Positions 8,166 to 16,801 of a DNA stretch of 64,000 nucleotides are shown piece after piece. Within the stretch, counting starts at the first letter, position 1. Every line of letters begins with the position of its first letter. Where the stretch lies: contig JBEGVH010000022.1 of assembly GCA_041178425.1 (NCBI GenBank), positions 80-64,079 of the forward strand, given 5' to 3'. The notes below the pieces were generated by a model. That model searched no databases. It saw only the letters and a program-made list of their open reading frames with translations, and was not told the origin of the DNA. Position numbers and translations under genes: made by a program. This stretch comes from Pseudomonadota bacterium. Its GTDB lineage: Bacteria > Bdellovibrionota > Bdellovibrionia > Bdellovibrionales > Bdellovibrionaceae.

Positions 8166-9686
8166 ATGAACCTCGAATCTGAGATCATCGTTACCTATAA
8201 GCCCTCCGGCCTAAAAATGCATCGATCTTCTCCTGACGACTGGGGCTGGGTTGAATGGCTTGAAGAAAAGCTCAGTAAAAAGCTTTTCCTCTTTCAACGC
8301 TTAGACCTTGGGACTTCTGGACTTGCCCTTATTGCCCGCACAGAAAGGGCCGCTCAAGAATGGACATCAAGACTTCAAAATAAAATTTTACGCAAAACCT
8401 ATTTCTTAATATCAACAACAAGCCAATCCATCACTGGTTGGCATAAAGTCGAATCACACATTATTAAAGAAAAAGGCGTTTGGATAAATAAACCCCATTT
8501 ACCTCCTAACAGTGAAACGGAATTTGAATTTATAGAACGCCATGGTGACTACCAGCTCTGGAAAGCCTACCCAAAAACGGGAAAAGCACACCAGATTCGA
8601 CTCCACGCTCAACAGCTTGGGATTCCTTTACTAGGGGATCCAGATCACGGCGGTGAACCATTTTACAGGCTCTGCCTGCATGCTCTAAGGCTCGACGATC
8701 CAGCATCACAGCAGACCTGGACAGCCAACCCCCCCCCATTTTTTGAAAACTTAAGGCTTTTAGAGCAACCCGATCTATGTGCTCTCCTCGATGCTTACCA
8801 CCAGAGAGAGGAGTTAAAAAAAATGGGGCTTCTAAACTCAGACAGTTATCGGCTGGCACACCAGGAATGCCACACTTTAAGAATTGACCAATTCGGCCCG
8901 CAGCTTTGGGCCTACGATTACCATCACCCCGATAGTAAAAAGTTAGTTCAATCGTTTTTAGAAATCATCGAAGACAAACCAACCTATATCCGTGAAATGA
9001 AAAACCGAGGAAATCAACCTAACGAGTCTTCTCTCGTTCCGCTTCACTCACCCTCTCAACGATGGGTAGCCAAAGAAAACGAACTTTTTTTTCAACTAAG
9101 AGCAGATCAGGGCCTTTCTCCTGGACTTTTTCTAGATCAACGCGAAAACCGCAGCTGGGTGTTCAAGAATAGTCATCAAAAAAAGGTTCTCAATCTTTTT
9201 AGTTATACTTGTGGGTTCAGTGTCGCAGCGGCCGCAGGCGGCGCCAACGAAGTCGTAAGCGTCGATGTCAGTTCAACGTTTCTGGATTGGGGAAAAACAA
9301 ATTTCTCTCTCAATCGCCTGGATCCAGGTCATTACGAGTTCTGGAGTTCAGACGTCATCGATTTTCTTAAAAGAACAGCTAAAATGGGACGCTCTTTTGA
9401 CTTAATTGTTTGCGATCCTCCTTCGTTTGGACGCTCAAAGCGAGGCGTCTTCAAAATAGAAAAAGATTTGTCAGAGCTTGTCGCATTAATCTTTCCTTTG
9501 CTCAATTTGAACGGACACCTTTTGCTGAGTCTCAACTATGAACAATGGACAAAGAGTGAGTTTGAAAGAACCGCAACCAAAAATCTACAACCCCGAAGTT
9601 ATAACCAATGCGAGCCCCCTAAACCGGGCCTCGATTTTCTTGAAAAGACGCCCATCCTAAAAACAGTATTGATAAAAAAAATTTGA
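8166..9686 (+). CDS. Fusion protein: RluA-family pseudouridine synthase (N) + RlmI-like class I SAM-dependent methyltransferase (C)
   Basis: N-terminal part: KPSGLKMH, RLDLGTSGLALIA (catalytic Asp), GKAHQIRLH..GIPLLGD. C-terminal part: VLNLFSYTCGFSVAAAAGGANEVVSVDVS and FDLIVCDPPSF, collinear with E. coli RlmI. One continuous frame; start taken at ATG 8166. Confidence 0.75.
   Translation: MNLESEIIVTYKPSGLKMHRSSPDDWGWVEWLEEKLSKKLFLFQRLDLGTSGLALIARTERAAQEWTSRLQNKILRKTYFLISTTSQSITGWHKVESHIIKEKGVWINKPHLPPNSETEFEFIERHGDYQLWKAYPKTGKAHQIRLHAQQLGIPLLGDPDHGGEPFYRLCLHALRLDDPASQQTWTANPPPFFENLRLLEQPDLCALLDAYHQREELKKMGLLNSDSYRLAHQECHTLRIDQFGPQLWAYDYHHPDSKKLVQSFLEIIEDKPTYIREMKNRGNQPNESSLVPLHSPSQRWVAKENELFFQLRADQGLSPGLFLDQRENRSWVFKNSHQKKVLNLFSYTCGFSVAAAAGGANEVVSVDVSSTFLDWGKTNFSLNRLDPGHYEFWSSDVIDFLKRTAKMGRSFDLIVCDPPSFGRSKRGVFKIEKDLSELVALIFPLLNLNGHLLLSLNYEQWTKSEFERTATKNLQPRSYNQCEPPKPGLDFLEKTPILKTVLIKKI
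8729..8744 (+). repeat. Homopolymer C9 followed by A and T6, inside the fusion gene at the domain junction
   Basis: aaCCCCCCCCCaTTTTTTg encodes N-P-P-P-F-F. It is the longest G/C homopolymer I noticed; other G/C runs I noticed were no longer than 7. Confidence 0.9.
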
Positions 9687-9738
9687 CGATCCCTCGTTAC
9701 CTTTAAAAATCTCATTGGGATGAGTAAACAAACACCTT

Positions 9739-11043
9739 TTAGTCTTTTCGGCAGGGAAACGAAACTCTGACCAATGTTCCCGAAGGGGGAGCTGTGCGAC
9801 TTTCTACTTCGATTGCGCCACCTAATCGTTCAACACAAGCCTTTACAATGGGCATACCAAAACCAGTTCCTAATTCACCATTGGTGCCCAACCTTGTGGT
9901 CTGCGCATTAACGCAAAAAAGTTTTTTTATTAACAAAGGCTCCATTCCAATACCTGAATCGATAACCTCACAAAAGACCAAATCATTAATTTTAAAAAAA
10001 ACGATCTTAACAGCGGACTGAGGAAATGAAAACTTCACTGCGTTGGAAACTAAATTATTGAGAATCTGAAAAACGACTAAACTTCTATCTCCATAAAAAG
10101 CGAGTTGATCTTCTGAGCCATGATAGTTGACTTGTAGTTTAATAGACTTCGCATTCATGGCTTCTGTTTGTAAGAACTTTATCTGCTCCACAAGATCAGA
10201 GGGTTGAAGTTTTTCTATTCGTAAAGGGCACTTTCCCGAGAGGAGCGATTCTAAATGACGAGCTTCATCAATAATGGTCTTCATCATTTCTTTTGCACGA
10301 AGAGCTCGTTCGGTATTTTTATTCGGATTTTGCTTGTGAAGCTTCTCTATGTGTAAACTAAGAATAGTTAACGGATTTGCCAGATCGTGAGTCACAATTC
10401 TCAGAAGATTCGTCTTATCTTCTTTTTCTTTTATGAGTATCTTTTGGATTTTTCGGTAAGTCGTCTTGAGGTTATACACGATAGAAAGTCCCATAAAGTT
10501 GGTTAAAACAACACTGAAGATTCTAATCGTAACTGGCCCATCAATTAAACCTCGAAATCCACGAGTTCCCTCCATGGCGATAACCCATTGAAATCCGATA
10601 TAAAGCGCTAAAAAGGCGATTGTCCAAAAAAATGCCCACACGGTAGGGAGAAAACTCATGGTGAAGATGGGAATAAAGATATAGATGAAAAATGCCGACT
10701 CTCCCTGATATCCATGACTGTAAAAACGAAACCAAGCCATGACAAATAAAGAGGCGATCACCATGTTACTCAGTAAGACTCGGTTTTCTAATTGACGTAA
10801 TCCCATGAGTGCTAGAGTACTTCCTATGGCAATCAAAAATTGACCCAAAGCTGCGGAATGCAAGCCGCAGACCCCATAAAACAAGCTGAGAACAATTGTG
10901 AGGCCGATAGCTACCTTGAGTGCTGCTGTAAACAAATAGTCCGACAAAAGCCGGTCAGGGTCAGAGGACAAACCCATACTGTCATAAGAAGAGGAATGCA
11001 AAATTCCAAACCAAAACTTCAGTCGTTCACCTAATAGAGACAA
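9739..11043 (-). CDS. Membrane-bound sensor histidine kinase
   Basis: About six N-terminal TM helices, H-box THDLANPLT, N-box NLVSNAVKFS, G1 DSGIGM, G2 GTGFGMPIV. Confidence 0.85.
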   Translation of the reverse strand: MSLLGERLKFWFGILHSSSYDSMGLSSDPDRLLSDYLFTAALKVAIGLTIVLSLFYGVCGLHSAALGQFLIAIGSTLALMGLRQLENRVLLSNMVIASLFVMAWFRFYSHGYQGESAFFIYIFIPIFTMSFLPTVWAFFWTIAFLALYIGFQWVIAMEGTRGFRGLIDGPVTIRIFSVVLTNFMGLSIVYNLKTTYRKIQKILIKEKEDKTNLLRIVTHDLANPLTILSLHIEKLHKQNPNKNTERALRAKEMMKTIIDEARHLESLLSGKCPLRIEKLQPSDLVEQIKFLQTEAMNAKSIKLQVNYHGSEDQLAFYGDRSLVVFQILNNLVSNAVKFSFPQSAVKIVFFKINDLVFCEVIDSGIGMEPLLIKKLFCVNAQTTRLGTNGELGTGFGMPIVKACVERLGGAIEVESRTAPPSGTLVRVSFPCRKD

Positions 11044-11292
11044 ATGAGCACCCTTTCAAAGTCTCAGAGGCTTGAAAGTTTTGGGGCATTGTCCAAGCTT
11101 TCAAAAAGCCACGCAACTTAGATTTTTATTAAATTGAATAAGGTTCTAATAGGCCGAAATAAGCTAAACTGGTATTTCAGTTTTCTTAATGAAAAACGTT
11201 AAGGCCGCTCTTATTCCGATTGGCCCCTATTGAAAGGAAAAGTACATTGAGAGGATAGAACCAACAGAAAGCACTTCTCTGAGAGAGTCTCT

Positions 11293-12777
11293 TTAAAAGA
11301 GAGTCTCTTTACGACAGCGTAGTGGAATTTGCTCGTCAGCATCTCGCGCAAGACTCTCGCCACGCAACGTGTGAACTTGGATTGAATTAGTTTTAATGCC
11401 TTCACGGACAGGGTATCCGAAGGTTAAAATAATTTTATCACCTGTTTTTGCTAACCCATATTGAATGAGAGTTTTCTCTACTTGCGAAATCACATCCTCG
11501 ATACAGCTATAGTTTCCTATCGGCAGCGTTTGAAGGCCCCAAATGAGCTCTAAGCGATTCAGCACAGTCAGGTCATTTGTAACAGCGATCAGTCGCGACT
11601 TGGGCCTAAAACCAGAGATAATATTGGCCGTCTTTCCTGACGTTGTTAAGCAGACAATAGCCGCAGCGTTGAGTTTCAGTGCACAGACGCAGGCACTCGC
11701 GGCAATAGATGCTGCCGGTGAAAGCATGTCGCTCTCAAGTGAAAGATGATAATAATTCTTATCGGCCCTCTCAACTTCAGTGATAATCTCATGCATGGTG
11801 CGTATACATTTAAATGGGTATTTACCACTGGCTGTCTCTGCCGATAGCATGAGGGCATCAGAGCCATCGAGCACAGCATTCGCCACATCGGTGATCTCAG
11901 CCCGAGTGGGTCGTGGATTCTCAATCATGCTATCAAGCATCTGCGTGGCTGTAATGACTGGTTTACCCAACTTGTTCGCGAGCGCAATAATCTCTTTTTG
12001 ACGTCCTGGAAGGACACTTTGACCCACTTCAATCGCCAGATCTCCACGAGCAACCATGACAGCATCACTAAGGCGAACAATCTCCTCGAGATTTTCTAAA
12101 GCTTCAACCATTTCGATTTTTGCAATAATCTTTGCTTCACTCTTTTTAGCCTGAATAATTTCGCGCAGCTTACGAATATCTTTACCCTGACGAACAAAAC
12201 TTAAAGCAACATAATCAACGTCATTGGCGATACCAAAATCAAGGTCCTGCAGGTCTTTTTCCGACATACAGTCCACAGCAAGAAAAGCACCGGGCACGTT
12301 CATTCCTTTGCGATCCTTGAGAATACCACCATAGATAACAGTGGCATCCATATCTTGGCCATTAACCACGTCAACTCTTAACTCTAGCAACCCATCATCG
12401 AGAAGAATGCGTGTGCCTGGCTTACAGCTGAGATGAAGATTTTTAAAGTCGGAGGGAATCACTCCTACGTCGCCAACAACGTCGCGAGTAGTGATCAAAA
12501 CCTTTTCACCTGCTTTAATGAGAATACTGCCCTCTTTGAAACGACCAACGCGAATTTTTGGTCCTTGAAGATCCTGCAGAATTGTCACTGGCGCATAGAG
12601 CTCTTTAGATAAACGCCTCAAGGTTTGTATGACTTTTAGGTGATCTTCGTGCTTACCGTGGCTAAAATTAAGACGAGCCACGTTCATTCCTGCTCTGATT
12701 GCTTTTTCCAAGGCCTCTTCACTCGAGGTGGCAGGACCAATCGTGGCAACTATTTTAACTCTTCGATCTGCTAGCAT
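11293..12777 (-). CDS. pyk: Pyruvate kinase
   Basis: KIVATIGPA, NVARLNFSHG, MVARGDLAIE, ITATQMLDSM, DALMLSAETA. Confidence 0.93.
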   Translation of the reverse strand: MLADRRVKIVATIGPATSSEEALEKAIRAGMNVARLNFSHGKHEDHLKVIQTLRRLSKELYAPVTILQDLQGPKIRVGRFKEGSILIKAGEKVLITTRDVVGDVGVIPSDFKNLHLSCKPGTRILLDDGLLELRVDVVNGQDMDATVIYGGILKDRKGMNVPGAFLAVDCMSEKDLQDLDFGIANDVDYVALSFVRQGKDIRKLREIIQAKKSEAKIIAKIEMVEALENLEEIVRLSDAVMVARGDLAIEVGQSVLPGRQKEIIALANKLGKPVITATQMLDSMIENPRPTRAEITDVANAVLDGSDALMLSAETASGKYPFKCIRTMHEIITEVERADKNYYHLSLESDMLSPAASIAASACVCALKLNAAAIVCLTTSGKTANIISGFRPKSRLIAVTNDLTVLNRLELIWGLQTLPIGNYSCIEDVISQVEKTLIQYGLAKTGDKIILTFGYPVREGIKTNSIQVHTLRGESLARDADEQIPLRCRKETLF

Positions 12778-12797
12778 TTAAATAACCCACTTCTATA

Positions 12798-14468
12798 TTA
12801 ACTTTTTTTGATCCTCTGAGACAACTTTTGCGCCAACTGATTCAATTCTAATTGATGCCTTTTATCGAGCCTGTCGATCTCCTGGTCGTTCTGCTCCATC
12901 GCCTGCCTTAGCTGGTTCTGGTGCTTCATTTCGGTCGACTGCATGGCCTCTTTGTGTTGTCTCTCGCGATTATCTATCTCCTCACGAAGTTTAGCTTCCT
13001 GATGGCGCAAATCCATCGCGGATTTTTCCTTCAGCTCAGCAATAACCTTTGTGAATTTATTATTCGTCGATTCAAGCTCCATTGCCATCTGTCGTTCTCG
13101 CTCCAACATCCGACTAGTCAGGCGATTTTCCATATCGGCTCGCTCATTTATATTACGAACCCGTGAATCATTCAATTCCCTTGCGTATTCTTTTTTCAAC
13201 AATTCCAAGTTATCTGCATAAAAATTGGTCATACGAACGTTGTTTTGGCGATAGCGTTCATTGGCCCTTTCGATTTCAGCCTCTGATCGAGTCTCCGCAT
13301 GAAAAATACGGGATTCCATATCATTCTTCATTTGATTTAACTGCGTCGTTTTGATTGCGAGTTTTCCCTGCCGATCGCGCAGGTAATTTTCAGACATGTT
13401 GCGAATCTGATTATCTCTGGATTTAACAGCTTCGTCGACTTGCTTTCGAATATCGGTATTAACGTTATCGAGTAGCTGAACCTTCTGCTGGCGCTCACTA
13501 CCCAGCTGTTTCTCAAAAGCCGCTGTCATGTGTTTTTTCTCGACAGCCGCTTGACGTTGCGCTGAGATGACGTCGCGGACGTGCTGATCTTTTTCCCCTT
13601 TAATAGCCGCAGCGAGACGGTTTACCTGGTTATCAATTTTATTAGTCGTCTTTTCTCGAAAGTCCTCATTCATTTTTTCAACGGTTTCATACCTTCGTTG
13701 CAATTCATCCCGAAACTCTTCGTTGTTCAGTTTTTGAGAGCTTTGAAGTTCACGAGTCATATCCTGGTGCGCTTTAAAAGACAGTTGTCTCTGATTCTCT
13801 TGATTGAGCATGTTTTGATTTTCGAGACTCTTACGCTTAGACTCACCCTGTAACTTTAACTGTTGAATCTCAAAATCTTTAGATTTTCGCATATTATTCA
13901 TATCACGATTGAGCGCCACCATTTGATTGGTATGATTACGACGCTCTTCGATCAATTTTTCTTCGTTATGCTGATTGAGTTTTTCTTTACGAGTTGTCCA
14001 CGATTTCGTGTTGTCTTCTTTAGCTTTGTCGGTAAATGAGCGATAGGCCTGATCGCGCTTGGCCATCTCGTGATTAAACTCATCTTGAAGACGAGACGTT
14101 TTACTTCCGAACGTATTTTCTAAACTCTCTACCCGCGCATCAAAGGCTTTCTTCTGCTGTTCGCGCAAAGTCTGGCTTTCTTCTGTTCTCTTTTTTACTT
14201 GAGCTTCAAAAACGTCTCTCACGCCCTGAATTTGATCCCTGTGCTCTATTTCTTTTTCGTTAAGACGGTTTCTTAGATAACCGCGAAGCTGTTGAATCTC
14301 AGTGCTGTGATCGTTGGTGAGTTTGTCGATCTGCTGTTGGTGCTGTTCGTTTAACTTTTTTATCTCAGCCTTGTGCTTTTTTGTGCCTTCTGACTCTTTG
14401 GCGTACATTTCTTCTTTGATGCGAAGTAGATCATTATTTTGCCGACCTTCATTATTAACTGAACTCAC
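12798..14468 (-). CDS. 556-aa coiled-coil-rich protein (E/K/R/Q/N-rich, no signal peptide), function unknown
   Basis: Almost uninterrupted charged heptad-like sequence. GTG start preceded by AGGAGGAG. Only 20 nt upstream of pyk on the same strand. Confidence 0.6.
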   Translation of the reverse strand: MSSVNNEGRQNNDLLRIKEEMYAKESEGTKKHKAEIKKLNEQHQQQIDKLTNDHSTEIQQLRGYLRNRLNEKEIEHRDQIQGVRDVFEAQVKKRTEESQTLREQQKKAFDARVESLENTFGSKTSRLQDEFNHEMAKRDQAYRSFTDKAKEDNTKSWTTRKEKLNQHNEEKLIEERRNHTNQMVALNRDMNNMRKSKDFEIQQLKLQGESKRKSLENQNMLNQENQRQLSFKAHQDMTRELQSSQKLNNEEFRDELQRRYETVEKMNEDFREKTTNKIDNQVNRLAAAIKGEKDQHVRDVISAQRQAAVEKKHMTAAFEKQLGSERQQKVQLLDNVNTDIRKQVDEAVKSRDNQIRNMSENYLRDRQGKLAIKTTQLNQMKNDMESRIFHAETRSEAEIERANERYRQNNVRMTNFYADNLELLKKEYARELNDSRVRNINERADMENRLTSRMLERERQMAMELESTNNKFTKVIAELKEKSAMDLRHQEAKLREEIDNRERQHKEAMQSTEMKHQNQLRQAMEQNDQEIDRLDKRHQLELNQLAQKLSQRIKKS

Positions 14469-14561
14469 AATCTCCTCCTGAGAAAGAACTCGTAAATCCT
14501 TTACGATCTAATCACAGGCTAGCAGGCTGCATCGCTCTTGTCTCGTTCTATTTAACGGAAA

Positions 14562-15296
14562 CTACTCGGCATCTTCCAAATCCACTGGACCAAGGTATTT
14601 GTTTCGATATAAATCACGAAGGCCTTTTTCGAACTGCCTCCGATTATTTTCGCGACGATCAATCTCAGCTTGTTTTTCTTGTCTATCGAACGCCATTTTT
14701 GCGATAACGGCACTGTACATGTCGCCTGCCGAGGCAAGATGCCGCGCGAGCTTTTTATCAATCACCTTGCGATCCTTATGCTTTAAAAACATTGACAGAA
14801 TCGAAGATACTCTTGTCGATTCCATCGGTCGAGGAACCCCTTGCAGATTTACACCTTCGCCATTGATTAAGCCAAACCAATTAAAAAACCCAGACTCCAC
14901 AACGTTTTCAACCATGGAGGTCGAATGTAAATCGATACGAGCCTCTCCTTCAATGGCGAAAATCCATAATTTTTCATTTTTCCATTGCATCCACTGTGTG
15001 CCTCGGCCCAAGTGCGCGCTCCCTACTTTTGTATTCATACGTAAGGGTGCAGCGGACTCCACCCTTACCGTTCCACTCAGTAGGTTCCACACTTTCGACT
15101 GGTCTCGGTAAAGAATGGCTCCAGGATATAAAGTCACCTCGGCCTCCCCGATTTGTACTTTCCTCGGAGCAAAAGTAAAAAGGGAGCAATGATGACTATC
15201 TTTCGTCAAACAGGCCGGTGGTTCCTGCTCGATGGCTTTCAGCTTTATATCTACCGACAAAGAAAGGAAAATCACGAGCCATCGGAGCCGTTTCAT
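14562..15296 (-). CDS. Secreted FecR-like protein with a charged C-terminal helix
   Basis: Signal peptide MKRLRWLVIFLSLS. The beta-rich core (VTLYPGAILY...LLSGTVRVE...KVGSAHLGRGTQWMQW...IEGEARIDL) resembles the FecR domain pattern. The ATG overlaps the upstream stop (ATGA). Confidence 0.4.
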   Translation of the reverse strand: MKRLRWLVIFLSLSVDIKLKAIEQEPPACLTKDSHHCSLFTFAPRKVQIGEAEVTLYPGAILYRDQSKVWNLLSGTVRVESAAPLRMNTKVGSAHLGRGTQWMQWKNEKLWIFAIEGEARIDLHSTSMVENVVESGFFNWFGLINGEGVNLQGVPRPMESTRVSSILSMFLKHKDRKVIDKKLARHLASAGDMYSAVIAKMAFDRQEKQAEIDRRENNRRQFEKGLRDLYRNKYLGPVDLEDAE

Positions 15297-15988
15297 TCAA
15301 CGCCTCCCAGAGCTGCCAAAAACTTCTCAGACCTATTTTTAAGTTCTTTATTTTGTTCAAAAGCATGCGCCACAAGTGAGAACATGTTTTTGGCTTCTTC
15401 GAGTCGATTCTTCTCTTTAAGAAACATCCCCACTCTCAACAAGACGTAGCCTGTTTTTTCTTCTTCAGGAAACAACTGAATCATCTGTTGAGCAATAGCA
15501 AAGCACTCCTCGAGAGCGTGTTCCTGGTAGTAGGATTCAGCCAACATAAAATAAACAACAACAAGTGAAGAACTTACGGGATTGAGCTCAAGAATGTTTT
15601 TTGATTTTCTAATGACCTCTTTGAAACGCTGTTTTTCAAAGAGCGTACGGAGGTCATCGATAGAGGCCTCAAATTGCGCAAGCATGAGAAACTCTTCTGG
15701 GGCCGCCTGAACCACGCTTGCAAGCCCGCGAACCGCCTGTTGGCTCTCAGGTGGAGTCATTTTCATCAAGGAGGGTGCGCTCTTGGCGACCTCTTGCTTA
15801 AAGAGATCAAAGCGCCACTGCACAACCTCTGTTCGAACATTGGCTCTTTCAATTGATTTTTTCAAATGAGTGATCTCAGTTCGTGCTTCTTTCATGCCAT
15901 TGAAGTGCCGATCAAATGAGAAAAAAACCCACTGCCAAAAAAAGAGTGCAATTAAAGCTGTAAATAAGAAGACACCATTCCGCTTCAT
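15293..15988 (-). CDS. Membrane-anchored coiled-coil + TPR protein (YbgF/CpoB-like)
   Basis: N-terminal TM helix, coiled-coil segment, then YFMLAESYYQE...AIAQQMIQLFPEEE...LLRVGMFL..NRLEEAKNMF, a TPR-like pattern. ATG at 15988; the ORF track begins at TTG 16006. Confidence 0.45.
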   Translation of the reverse strand: MKRNGVFLFTALIALFFWQWVFFSFDRHFNGMKEARTEITHLKKSIERANVRTEVVQWRFDLFKQEVAKSAPSLMKMTPPESQQAVRGLASVVQAAPEEFLMLAQFEASIDDLRTLFEKQRFKEVIRKSKNILELNPVSSSLVVVYFMLAESYYQEHALEECFAIAQQMIQLFPEEEKTGYVLLRVGMFLKEKNRLEEAKNMFSLVAHAFEQNKELKNRSEKFLAALGGVE

Positions 15989-16101
15989 ATGGTTACTTAT
16001 CGGCAAGTGTCTGTTTTTTATTGAGGTAATTTAATTAAACACCAAAAAAGACTCCCTTTGGACAAAACGCTCCCCTGTACCAAAGTGAGATGACTGGCAA
16101 T

Positions 16102-16791
16102 CTAACTGATCAAAATGACCCGCCCTAAAGGAATCTTATTGGCGTCGCGAAGGATATTTTGTTTAAAGGAAACCGTCTTTCCGTTTTCGCTGCTGGACTT
16201 TAGTGTGAGAGTTGTACGGCCCGTTACCGCATCAATATTTTCAAAAACTTCTGATAGCGCTTTACCTTGAAGATCCGCATCACTAGAACCAACTAACGAA
16301 ACGGCAAATTCATTCACTAAAACAATTTTATCTTCGCGGTCACAAGCAATGAGCGGAGTAGGGCATTTTTGAACAACCAGTTGGAGCCACTGTTGGTTCT
16401 CTAAATTTTTATTGGTGATTTGATGTTTATAGAGGGCGAATTCGACCGCCACATAAAGCTCTTTTTCATCGAAAGGTTTTGATATAAAGCCATAGGATTC
16501 CGTTAGTTTTGCTCGCCGTAGAGTTTCATCATCACTATAGGCGGTGAGATAAACGACTGGAATATTAAATTGACTCCGAACGAGTTCGGCGGCATCGACT
16601 CCGTCCATTCCACCCTTGATCATTATATCCATAATAATTAAATGGGGTTTTAAACGATAGGCCGCCTGAACAGCTTCTTCACCAGAACTGACGATTTCGG
16701 GAACCTCGTAACCAAAGGCCTGCAGTGTTAACTGAATATCCTTGCCCACAATGAGTTCATCTTCAACAACAAGAATTCTTCCCTTACTCAT
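16102..16791 (-). CDS. Response regulator: receiver domain + PAS-like C-terminal domain, no DNA-binding output
   Basis: ILVVEDE, the phospho-acceptor context LIIMDIMI and LTAYSD...KP are REC hallmarks. 10 nt downstream of the giant kinase gene. Confidence 0.85.
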   Translation of the reverse strand: MSKGRILVVEDELIVGKDIQLTLQAFGYEVPEIVSSGEEAVQAAYRLKPHLIIMDIMIKGGMDGVDAAELVRSQFNIPVVYLTAYSDDETLRRAKLTESYGFISKPFDEKELYVAVEFALYKHQITNKNLENQQWLQLVVQKCPTPLIACDREDKIVLVNEFAVSLVGSSDADLQGKALSEVFENIDAVTGRTTLTLKSSSENGKTVSFKQNILRDANKIPLGRVILIS

Positions 16792-16801
16792 AAATTAGTC
16801 C

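Noticed and set aside
15997-16004. Additional GCCGATAA sigma-28-like octamers (also at 8846-8853)
   Set aside because: One is only 8 nt from the ATG of the TPR gene, too close for a promoter. The other is inside the coding region of the fusion gene in antisense. They are treated as chance hits and used to temper the adhesin-promoter call.
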